In this document: positions 1 through 10,605 of the stretch, piece after piece | Layout: each line of letters opens with the position of its first letter | Numbering within the stretch: position 1 is the first letter of the stretch | Source of the DNA: Octopus vulgaris | Lineage: Eukaryota | Length of the DNA: 64,000 nt | Reading direction: 5' to 3' | Assembly (NCBI GenBank): GCA_951406725.2 | Contig: OX597814.1 | Span: 130,262,001-130,326,000, forward strand | Translations under genes and position numbers: made by a program | Notes under the pieces: generated by a model | Databases searched by the model: none | Told to the model about the DNA's origin: nothing | Seen by the model: the letters and a program-made list of their open reading frames with translations, nothing else

Positions 1-2743
1 TGTTGAGATGAATTTGATTCTTTATAGCATTGAAGATAACCTTAAGGACCAAGTTGTGCCTCCATGTGTACCTGTTCAATACTAACGAACAGTTGGAAAG
101 AATATGTTTTAGTGTACCGACTTTTCCACATTTGCAGACGTCATTCTCTAAGACGTTCCATCTTACTAGATTCGTAGGTGATGGCAAAACATCATAAGAT
201 GAACGAATCAGGAAACTCAGCCGAGATGTTGTCCACTTCCACATCTCATCCCAACTTATCTTCCTCTCAACAACATGTTCTTCCCATCTCGTCATCTGAC
301 CTTGATGAACACATCGGATCAAATGAAGCTCTCTTCTCTCTGCTTCTCTTGTTTTGACGCTGTTGCTAACAACAGATCTGCGTTCACACGGCATCATGCT
401 TGCAAACGGTCTGAACTGATCCGCGCCAAAACCAAATCCTTTCCGATGGTTCTGCGTTGCTCCCACCATATCTCTGTGTGTAAGAGAAGACAAGATGTTG
501 TCAGTTTCTGCTTCTGCTTTCCACTTCCTGGCTGTTTTCACCTCTGGTGGGTTACGCCTGATTTCCATATCCTTCGATTCTCTCAGCATCATGACCGTCC
601 GTATCTTCCCCAACTTATATATTTCGACTATTGATGCTATTGGTAACTGCAACGAACCTCTTTTACGATAAAGAGCTGAGCTGTTCAACATACGAGGTAG
701 ACCTAGCCACTTTCTAATGAACACATTACATTTTTGTTCGATCTTTTCAACTCGTGACAATGCTACTTCGTATATTAAAAGTGGCCACGCAAGTCGCGGG
801 TACAGGCCGAACTGCAAGCACCAAATTTTATATTTACCTGGTAACTTCGAAACATCAATCGCTGATAACCCAGCCTCGGCCTGTTTCATAATTTCAATCC
901 CACGACTTCTATCTGACAATGTTCCAGCGTATACTCGTCCCAAGCTCTTGACGGGCTCTTCCTTGACTGTTGGAATGCTTTCTTCCGATATTCGAAATTT
1001 AAATTCTTTCTGCACTCCCTTAACAAATGTCAGACTACGCGACTTTTTTGCTCTAAATCGCATCCTTGACCACCTTACACGTTCGTCTAATCTCAAAAGG
1101 GCATTCTGCATGATTTGTTTATCTGTAGCTAGAAGTGTCACGTCATCCATGAAGGCTTTCTTAGGCGATTGTACATGGGCGATTTGTTCCGAAAAATCTA
1201 CACCTTTCAAAATCAACTCCATGACTAAGATAAACCACGTGACAGATATTGTACAGCCAGCAGCAATGCCAACCTCCAATCGGTGCCAATTTGTTGTAAA
1301 ACTTCCAGTTGTAAACCTCATTTCGAAACTTTCATAGTACATCCTCATTATTTTGATCACTTTGTCAGGAATGTGGAAGTGGTCCATGGCTGTTATTAGT
1401 AATTTGTGTGGCACTGAACCATACGCGTTAGCTAGGTCGAGCCATACCACGTTCAGACTTTTCTTGTTCTGTTTGGCATCCTGAATCGCTTTCCAAATCG
1501 AAAAACAGTGTTCAACGCATCCAGGGATCCCGGGGATTCCGGCCTTTTGAACAGATTCATCAACATATCCGTTACTCTGTAAATATGTCACTGTTCTCCT
1601 CGACAGAATTCCCATAAAGATCTTGCCTTCCACATTCAATAAGGATATCGGCCTAAACTGTTTTATGGTCTTTGCATTGGCCTCTTTCGGCAGGTATATA
1701 CCTTCTGCCTTACACCAATCCTCTACTATAGTCTCCTCGCGCCACAGTTGTCGGATTAGGACGAAGAGCTTCTTTCGCAGACGATTGCAGTATTTGTAGA
1801 CTTTATATGAGACGCCATCACCTCCTGGGGCACTCTTCGCTCTAGCTTTTCTTACGAAGTCATTCACCTCTCTCTCCCTGATGTCCCCAATCTGGAATTC
1901 GATATCAGGCCCTGAGAGATGATTTAGCCCATGTAGAGATGGCAGCGGCTGATTACGGTGCGGATCGCTGTAGGTTTCCTTGATATGAGCATCCAATTCT
2001 TCTTTAGTGCACGATAAAGTACCACTCTTCGGCTCAGTGAACAGCTTCTTAGTAAACCCGTACGGGTCCTTCAGAAACTGCCCTCGAGTCCTTTTACTTT
2101 CTTTTCGACGCTCATATCGGCGAATATGTCGTTGCACATAACGACATTTCCTCTTCAAATCGTTATACAGCAACGCAAGGCCAGGTTTCTCATCTAGTGC
2201 AGCACATCTCCATCTCTTTCTTAAGTCGGACTTTTCCTTCCTCAACTGCTGCATTTTTCTGATCCTCCTGCTTGGTCCACACTTTCCTTTCTCTAGTCGG
2301 ATATTCTCTTTTATTCCAAATAAATCTCTTGCTACATCGTATATTGAGCTTGATAATTTTCCCAGTTTTTCCACTGTAGAGCCTGTCATTTTATAAAGAG
2401 TCCGACAAACCTTGTTTTCAAACTCTTTATATTTCACTTTCTCATTAGCAGCAGGCCACAAAACCCTCGTTTTCCTCTGAGTATTATCCGATGCACCAGT
2501 TTCATGACTTGTAGTTTCTTCACGTGAAGAGTTCTGTGCTGTAGCATTTATCGATCCGCTGTGGTTTGAGTCCGGGGATGATTTGCCACGTGTTTTACGA
2601 TCTGACGATCCACACTGCTCTGTCCTCTTCTCACAAGTCTTTCCCTGATGTATCTTCAAGCCTCTCTCAGTTGCAAAGGTTCTATAGCACAGCTTGCATC
2701 CAAAGTTGTTTGCATTTCGTCCGCTGTTCGAATGAATAATCAT
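1..2743 (-). CDS. HERO-like (R2 superfamily, RLE-type) non-LTR retrotransposon ORF: Zn finger, RT, CCHC knuckle; runs off the left edge
   Basis: Manual translation from ATG 2743 gives N-terminal CKLCYRTFATERGLKIHQGKTC, VLWPAANEK, RT motifs SAPGGDG, QFRPISLLNVEGKIF, VVWLDLANAYGSVPH, GIAAGCTISV and KAFMDD, then CKCGKVGTLKHILSNC...RYTWRHNLVL. Both ends are in the same frame and the ORF track lists no stop-terminated pieces, consistent with about 914 open codons. Confidence 0.92.
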   Translation of the reverse strand, partial: MIIHSNSGRNANNFGCKLCYRTFATERGLKIHQGKTCEKRTEQCGSSDRKTRGKSSPDSNHSGSINATAQNSSREETTSHETGASDNTQRKTRVLWPAANEKVKYKEFENKVCRTLYKMTGSTVEKLGKLSSSIYDVARDLFGIKENIRLEKGKCGPSRRIRKMQQLRKEKSDLRKRWRCAALDEKPGLALLYNDLKRKCRYVQRHIRRYERRKESKRTRGQFLKDPYGFTKKLFTEPKSGTLSCTKEELDAHIKETYSDPHRNQPLPSLHGLNHLSGPDIEFQIGDIREREVNDFVRKARAKSAPGGDGVSYKVYKYCNRLRKKLFVLIRQLWREETIVEDWCKAEGIYLPKEANAKTIKQFRPISLLNVEGKIFMGILSRRTVTYLQSNGYVDESVQKAGIPGIPGCVEHCFSIWKAIQDAKQNKKSLNVVWLDLANAYGSVPHKLLITAMDHFHIPDKVIKIMRMYYESFEMRFTTGSFTTNWHRLEVGIAAGCTISVTWFILVMELILKGVDFSEQIAHVQSPKKAFMDDVTLLATDKQIMQNALLRLDERVRWSRMRFRAKKSRSLTFVKGVQKEFKFRISEESIPTVKEEPVKSLGRVYAGTLSDRSRGIEIMKQAEAGLSAIDVSKLPGKYKIWCLQFGLYPRLAWPLLIYEVALSRVEKIEQKCNVFIRKWLGLPRMLNSSALYRKRGSLQLPIASIVEIYKLGKIRTVMMLRESKDMEIRRNPPEVKTARKWKAEAETDNILSSLTHRDMVGATQNHRKGFGFGADQFRPFASMMPCERRSVVSNSVKTREAERRELHLIRCVHQGQMTRWEEHVVERKISWDEMWKWTTSRLSFLIRSSYDVLPSPTNLVRWNVLENDVCKCGKVGTLKHILSNCSLVLNRYTWRHNLVLKVIFNAIKNQIHLN

Positions 2744-2949
2744 GTTCGTTTCAAAGGTCGTTTCCGTGCTGACTGGGTTTGATTGATTCTCGACTCCCCC
2801 TCTCGGTCAATCATGGGGCTGTCTTTTCCTGTTATGTCTGTTACAATAAAATACAGAGGCGAGGATCGTAAGTCCGTAGCTTCCGCCAGTCTTTCCTGGT
2901 GTCGATAGTCTTTCCTATTGTCCGCTGGTCTTTCCGAGCAGTCCTCTTG

Positions 2950-3075
2950 TCTTTCCAAGATGCGTAGGCTCAAAACGTTAAAGACTTTTTCACTTACCGA
3001 GCGTTATACTCATACATCTGTTTGTTGTCTACACCACCTGTCTTCGTCTTTTGTTTTTTTTTTAAATTCTCCCTA
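2950..3075 (+). repeat. Penelope-like terminal repeat with degenerate minimal hammerhead
   Basis: gcgtaggctcaaaacgttaaagac...ccgagcgttatactcatacatctgtttgttg is shared with 14935-15020, 15355-15480, 50195-50345(-) and 63905-64000; the core is decayed. Confidence 0.55.
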
Positions 3076-3078
3076 CGT

Positions 3079-3170
<92 letters not shown>

Positions 3171-3195
3171 GTATATAATAAATAAAATAAAAAAT

Positions 3196-3316
3196 ACTCA
3201 TTATGTACAGGACATCACCAACGAGTGAAAAATACGTAAACACACGAGAGAAAAGTACAGGACAAAATACGAAAAGATGGTAACTCCTCGTCAATTGTCG
3301 ACTGTTTATTACTCCT
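3196..3316 (-). repeat. 5'-truncated copy of the permuted-hammerhead repeat family
   Basis: Reverse complement retains gagtaataaacagtCGACAA-TTGACGA-ggag and the family 3' end gatgtcctgtac; flanked by TA repeats. Confidence 0.55.
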
Positions 3317-3350
3317 ATATATATATGGATTATATATATATATATATATA

Positions 3351-3455
<105 letters not shown>

Positions 3456-3492
3456 GTATATATATATGTATATATATGTGTGTGTGTGTGTG

Positions 3493-3572
<80 letters not shown>

Positions 3573-3746
3573 AGAAAATTCACAAGCCAAGGTATAAATA
3601 ATGGCCTTTACATAGAGTTACGTATACCTTTATTGTTGCCAATTCGAATTACAACTCTGTGTGTGTGTGTGTGTACATACCTATAAACATATGTATACAT
3701 ACACACACATATATCTATCTGTTTATTTATCTATCCGTATATGTGT

Positions 3747-3778
<32 letters not shown>

Positions 3779-4947
3779 TCCGTATGCTATAAACTACGTG
3801 AGTGCCAGACTTATGTATGAGTACATTAGAATGACACCCAGAGATAGCTTAGGGTTAAATGTGCATGTAGATAAAACGACGCATTACGTTGAAAAAAGTC
3901 GACTTTCATGGCATTTTATTTTTAATCATTAAGTATCATTTATCACTCTTCTTTGATTTTCTCAAAAAAACAAAATTCTTATTTAAACGAGACTATTTTT
4001 AATTGACATGCAGTGACTCTTATCGCTTCAAATCTGATACTGAACTGAAGATGACGCTATCTCGTTCCTGTGACATTCGTGTCACGCTGACACTGATATG
4101 CACCCGCAGTAACACCTGCACACAGAGCGACACACATACACACGCGTGCGTACACATACACACAAAGTATGTATGTATGTAAGTATATATGTATGTCTAT
4201 CCAGCTATCTGCGTGTGTGTTTCCGTTAGTATTAACGACTGGTAAAAAAACGTATTTGCTATAATGATAATGGTCGTTTTAAAATAATTTATTGTCTGTG
4301 GATCTGGAGTTTTCCCCGACATATGACCAGTTCTTCGGATGGAATGGGCAAGGTAAATTAAAGTTTGCGACGTTTAAAGGTAGATGACAATTTCACTGTA
4401 GTTATATAGCAAGCCGTCCTCTGGTTTCAGGATGTAAACAAGGATTTAGCCCAGAGTCAGAAAAAACCCAGAAGTGGCACAGAATTAAGAGGGAATGTGG
4501 AAAGATGGTGTAGGGATGGCAATGTTATATCTATTCTTAAAAATTAGAAATTCTACTTCTCAGCAAGGCAGTAATCATTATACGAAAGAATCGTATATGG
4601 TGGGAAAATAAAACAGTGAACCATCACATGATATCGTGAAATATGCTGCTATGTAAGGAGTAGAAGGAGTGGAGTATTGAGAGCCATACTAAAATTCAAA
4701 TCCAAATATGAAATATTGTTGCCCAATTTCATATTTACAGGTTTTAGTATTCACTTTTCATTACGTGTGTCTTTGTAAAGTAGTTTTTCTCCTATTTCCG
4801 AGTAGCACGTGCCAACTTTGACATCAAACGTTCAGTTTCAAAGGTAATTAATATCCCGTGAATTATATCGTATCTTAAAGCGCCCATGGTGCAGATAAAG
4901 CAATTTCTGTAATTCAGATCTGCAGTAGATCCAACGTATAATCCTTT

Positions 4948-5158
4948 CTTCTATAGGAACAAAGCTTGATATTTTGTGGGGAAGTGGGTTTATTGACTAC
5001 ATAGGCCCTACTTCATAACTTGAAACGTATTCCACCGACCCCGAAAGGATGAAAAGCAAAGTCGATCTCGGCGGAATTTGAACTCAGAATGTAAAGACGG
5101 ATGAAATGCCGCTAGGCATTTTTCACGGAGTGCTAACGATCCTACCAGCTCGCCGCCA
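4948..5158 (-). mobile_element. SINE family A (GGCGGCGAGCTGGCAGAA head; GCCTTTCATCCTTTCGGGGTCGAT core)
   Basis: Matches more than 10 other copies in the window; B-box-like GAGTTCAAATTCC. Confidence 0.8.
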
Positions 5159-6389
5159 TCGTCCACTATATAATATAACGCAATGCCAAATGTATGACGC
5201 GAATTTCGTATTGCATAGGCGCAGATACCAAAAGCAAGTACCAAGTACAAAATGTAAAGTACACAACTTCAAAAATGGTTTAAGATAAGAATAGAAAAAT
5301 CCAGAAGCCATAATAGTGAAATTTGAGTGAAATACACAATTTCATGGCGAAGAATACAATGAATATTACGCTATAATCTTCAAGTTGCAGAATACAATAT
5401 TCAAAACCCACAATATCACCCTGGATATCACCATATTCCATAGTGTCCTTATGATGCATAGTGTCCTCATGAGTAGGTAAGCTGGAGGTGTGGTGGCATC
5501 AGCATAACCGTGAACTTTCTGGAATCTCCCTACAGCGACTATTTGGACGTGGATACGTGGGTTGTGTCGTATTTTTGGTCAACAACCCATGAAATTTTGG
5601 GATTATAAATTACTCTGAGCTTCAGAGGATTGGAATAAAATTTCCAATTATCAGATGCAACCAAGCGAGGATAAGGAGGTGTGAAATGGGAAAAAAGCTG
5701 CTCTTGCTCTCCCTCACGTTGTCATGGGTGTCTATTTGTGGCCTTCACAGTCAGTGAAGTATGTAGGAGATAAAATGTGGCACGTGTTAAGAATTTGGGA
5801 TCATCAGAACTTTTAGAAAATTAGCGCGCGCGCACACACATACGCAGCACTTATACGATGCTGTGTGTACGTATAGGGGAAATAAGATGTGGGGAATATG
5901 AGAAAAAGTGTACTCAATATTGTCTGTAAAGTTTATTAGAAAATAAGTCTTCACCTGAAAGAAAATGAGGCGTTAAGTTATAGTACTGTGCAGAAGTCCT
6001 CTTGTGGGCCTGGAGGCCTGGGGACTTGGATACGGCTATTCATTTAATCTGTGATAAACCGAGCCTCTCCCCAATTGCTTCAACCAATCAATCTTTCTTT
6101 TATTTCCAAACTTAAAAGTTATTGTATATTAAACTCACCTACTCCTCCGCTTCGCTGACACGCGCGCAAATAAACAGTCGTGAGAAGGCAATTGAAGAAT
6201 GGGATAAAATGCCTACAGTGGTAGCTGGCCTTGTGAAGTCGGTAAGATGACTTGAGAATTGAGGTTAGTGTTGACTCTAGGGGATTTGAAATCAGATACG
6301 TGATGCAGCGAAATGTAAAGTTACATTTCCTCAACGCCTTTACAACCAGACTAACGTTATACGGAATACACACATACTCACACATTTTT

Positions 6390-6489
<100 letters not shown>

Positions 6490-6522
6490 TATATGAGTTT
6501 AATATACATATAGATATGTATA

Positions 6523-6669
<147 letters not shown>

Positions 6670-6786
6670 ATGTACATATATATATATATATTTATGTATA
6701 TGTGTACATATATATATATATATGCATAAATATATATGTATATGTACATATATATATATACATACATACATACATACATACATACA

Positions 6787-6818
<32 letters not shown>

Positions 6819-7296
6819 CACGTACATATACAAACAAAAAACTGATATTTATTGGTAGGATGGAGAAGTGAAATCTAACAACCTAACGGAACTGCAGTAC
6901 ACACAGGCTTACACACACGCACATACACAACACGCACACACGCGCGTGTGTTTTGTGTGGGAGTGTGTGCATTTGTTTATATGTGTGTATGTATGTCTTT
7001 TTTCTTTTCAGTTTTAATTCAAGATTTCTTGCCAACAGAGAAAAACCCGGTTTCTAACCTAGATCCAAGGTTCCTTCATTGGAATTTCAGCATCAGTATG
7101 TATATATATATGAATTTGCGCTCCAACGAATTTTTCCACAGTCTAGGCTTAAAAAAGTCCTCAATGTTGGTTCCTTGTCCTGTTTTTATTCTTTATGTGT
7201 ACTGTATTTTTATTTGTATTGCTTTTAAGTCCTGTTCTTGTCACTTTTTAAAAACTTTTTTACCCCTCTGCAAAACAATTTTATTTAACTCATTTT

Positions 7297-7393
7297 GCAG
7301 GAAGGACTGCTTGGACCGGATCGTGTTCTGCCCTTACCTTCGAAACACGCATTGAGTCGACCCAGGGGCAGCTGATGAAGGGGAATATTCCTT
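7297..7393 (+). ncRNA. Putative non-circularly permuted hammerhead-like ribozyme, copy 1
   Basis: CGTGT-T-CTGCCCTT a ccttc GAA-ACACG ...14 nt... AGGGGCAG-CTGATGA-aggg. Stem III 7322-7326/7345-7349; stem I 7328-7335/7364-7371. Confidence 0.6.
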
Positions 7394-7593
7394 GTATTGT
7401 TTGTCTTGTACCCTGTTTTTTCGTTGTTAAAAAAGTCCGTTTCCTTGTTTGTTTTTATGTTTTCGTTTCTCGTTGTGTTCTACGTTTATTTGTGGTGTCC
7501 TGTACTCATAAATATATATATGAATGTATATATACATATATATGTAGGTATGTACATATATGTATGTATATATGCATATGTTTTATTTGTTAA

Positions 7594-7642
<49 letters not shown>

Positions 7643-8118
7643 ATGTATGTATGCATGGATGTATGTATGGATCTATGCATGTATGTATGCAAGTATGTAT
7701 TATGTATGTATGTATGCATGTGTGTATGAATGTATGTATGTATGTATATATATATATGTATGTATGTATTTATGTATGTATGCATGTATGTATGTATGTA
7801 TTTATGTATGTATGTATTTATGTATGCATGTATGTACTTATGTATGTATGCATGTATGTATGTATGTATTTATGTATGTATGTATGTATGTGTGTATGCA
7901 TGTGTGTATGAATGTATGTATGTATGTATGTATGCATGTATGCATGAATGTATGTTTGTATGTTTGTATGTATGTATATATGTATGTATGTATTTATGTA
8001 TGTATGTATTTATGTATGCATGTATTTATGTATGCATGTATGTGTGTATGTATGTATGTACGTACGTACGTATGTATGTATATATGCATGTATGTATGTA
8101 CGTATGTACGTACGTATG

Positions 8119-8150
<32 letters not shown>

Positions 8151-8939
8151 CATGCATGTATGCATGTATGTATGTATGTATGTATGTATGTATAACTTGT
8201 CCTGGAGACGGTGTATTGCGAGGAACGTGCACTTTTGACGATATCAGAGTGAGCCGAAGCAGCAAAATGGCAATTATTGAACCGTTGACGGCTGAAGCGG
8301 ACGTTTCTGTTGTTTCGTTCATACGAAAGACGTTGACTTGCTGAATAAGATAGTTTACTGCGCTTGGCTAGTTGAGTATTGTTGAGTGTGACACGTTGTT
8401 CTTATTGTTAAATTGTCGTTGGAGCTGCCGGCGCTGTTGGTTCTGTTGCCGTTGTTGTTATTTGTGGTGGTAGTGGTGGTGGTGATGGTGGTAGTGTTGG
8501 TAGTGGTGGTGGTGGTGATGGTAATGTCGGTGGTGTTTAGATACTGATCAATTGTATTCTTGTCGCAGTATTCTCGTTTCCAGTGGAGTCTTGGGATTAC
8601 ATTATCCAATGTGTACGATCCTTCTCTAAGTCAGTAGAGTATGTATAAATTTAGAGACAATTCCCTTCTGTTTCTAGGAAGTTATTCGACCTGTGGCAAG
8701 TATTCGTAGATGGTAAAAGACGGAGAAATCGCAAAATAGGAAGAGTATATCTTATCCTCAGATTTGCAGCGGATCGAAAAAAAAAAAAGGAAACACTGGA
8801 CGTACTCGGGAGCCTCAATGTTGTTTAGCTTGGCCGAAGACACGATGAGGAAATAGTTGTAACTGATTGTAGTTAAACATTTCTTCCATCTTTCAGGAAC
8901 TCTTTTCTAACCATTTTATTGTTTATTTTTAGCCACAAA

Positions 8940-9230
8940 CGTGGTTACAGCGTTGGATCCACAATCATGAGGTAGTGGGTTCGATTCTCGGACCGGGCTT
9001 GAGCAAGACCCTTTACTCCATGTTTCTCCAGTTCACTCCGCTGTAAGGTGTATCGCCCTTTGACTTTCCATTGGATAACATCAGTGGCGTGGAGAGGGGA
9101 GGCTGGTATGCATCGGTGACTGTTGGTCTTTCATGAACAACCTTGCCTCGATTTGTGTCTCGGAGGAGAACATTGTAAGTACAATCCCATGTTCATTCAT
9201 GACCGAAGGAGGTTTTTACCTTTTACCCTT
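8940..9230 (+). mobile_element. tRNA-head SINE family C, degraded
   Basis: gtggtta...ggttcgattctcggaccggg...cttgagcaagac; the tail matches 13980-14298. Confidence 0.65.
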
Positions 9231-9265
9231 TAATCACAAACGTACAAGAATGTAAAAGGAATTTA

Positions 9266-9487
9266 CAGTAATCCCTCGACTATCGCAGGTGTTACGTTTC
9301 AAACCCCACTGCGATAGGTGAAAATCCGCGAAGTAGAAACAGTACTGTACAGTATATTTTTTGTAATATTTTAAAAATTTGTATATATTCATTTTATTAT
9401 AAATGCAAAACAACATCACGGAGGAATCGACACAAGCTTAAATAATAATCCGCGATAGGTGAACCACAATGTGGTGAGAGATTAATG
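9266..9487. mobile_element. pogo/Tigger-like MITE
   Basis: TA|CAGTAATCCCTCG ... GAGAGATTAATG|TA imperfect TIRs; internal ccgcgataggtgaa repeats. Confidence 0.65.
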
Positions 9488-9789
9488 TAAACTAAACATA
9501 AACTACAAAATAGTTGTGACTTTTAGTAAACATTTTGCGCATCTTTCTGGAACTCACTTGTTACCACTTAATTACTTGCCTTCCAGGATTTTAAACTAAA
9601 CATTTACGGCAGATGGCGGAATAGCTATCATTATAGTAATTTCATCCATCTTTCTAGAGCTCATTCTATACTATTAAATTAGTCATCCTCAATCATAAAT
9701 CTATAGACATTTAAGCTAAACACTAACCGCACGGTTCTTGATCAATTATGCATTATTATCAAGACCAGATATAAGTCATAAAACTTGGA

Positions 9790-10042
9790 TCTGTCATGAG
9801 CCCCAAGGACTCATAAAGACCGGAGCTGAATCAGTTTCCTTGGCTGAGATTACAACACACTCCACAGAACGGAACGCCAGTTCGTTACAGAATTAACTTA
9901 ACTGCTATTACTGCCGAATGAACTGGAGCAACGTGAAATGAAGTGTTTGCCCAAGAGCGCAATGCGCCACCCAAGCTGGGAAACGAGATCACGACCGTAA
10001 GACCATGAGTGTAATGCACTAGTCACTAGATCACGTGTCTTC
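9790..10042 (-). mobile_element. tRNA-head SINE family C, degraded
   Basis: Core actggagcaacgtgaaatgaagtgt followed by a degenerate tRNA-like head on the minus strand. Confidence 0.55.
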
Positions 10043-10605
10043 ATTACAGTCTATAGCCATTGACTAATTAAATCCTGACTCGCCAGGTAGAGTAATACCA
10101 TCACGTAGCTTTAGTGTTACTTGAGAGGAGTCCACTCTTTTTCAAACATCTACGAGGTCACCATTGTGATATTATATGAGCAGTTTGCTTGCTCCTACTA
10201 ATCACACGAGTCATGAAAATATCATAGAATACGCCATTCTTCTTCAGACACTAAGCTAAGAAAACAAAAACGAAATAAATAAATATTTAACTTTATTATG
10301 AAATCAAATAGATATCATGCCTATATTTAAAAAGAAAATTACTTGGCAGAATCCCTAGGAACTCTCCGAAATACACATTAAATTTCATGTAACAAATACA
10401 ATTAAAGAATGGAGAAGACAAGCTAATAGAAATTTGTGAGAATCATAAAACTGTAATCATTCGCCGTAAAATAAATAACGTGAGTGCTACATCATTAGAG
10501 CAACATCGTTTGCTTCTGGCAACATACTTCGTTTTAATTACATACTGACTGCTAACAAAGATCAGATATTTTCCCCGAGCATGAAAATACTTTTTTTCCC
10601 CCGAA

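Noticed and set aside
275-1337. Plus-strand ORFs of 119 and 206 aa
   Set aside because: Antisense shadows of the retrotransposon ORF.
7030-7090. CCAATGAAGGAACC..GGTTAGAAACCGG motif (also at about 29240-29280) as a hammerhead
   Set aside because: Both copies have CAANGA instead of CUGANGA and no convincing NUH or stem I; treated as a repeat 3' end.
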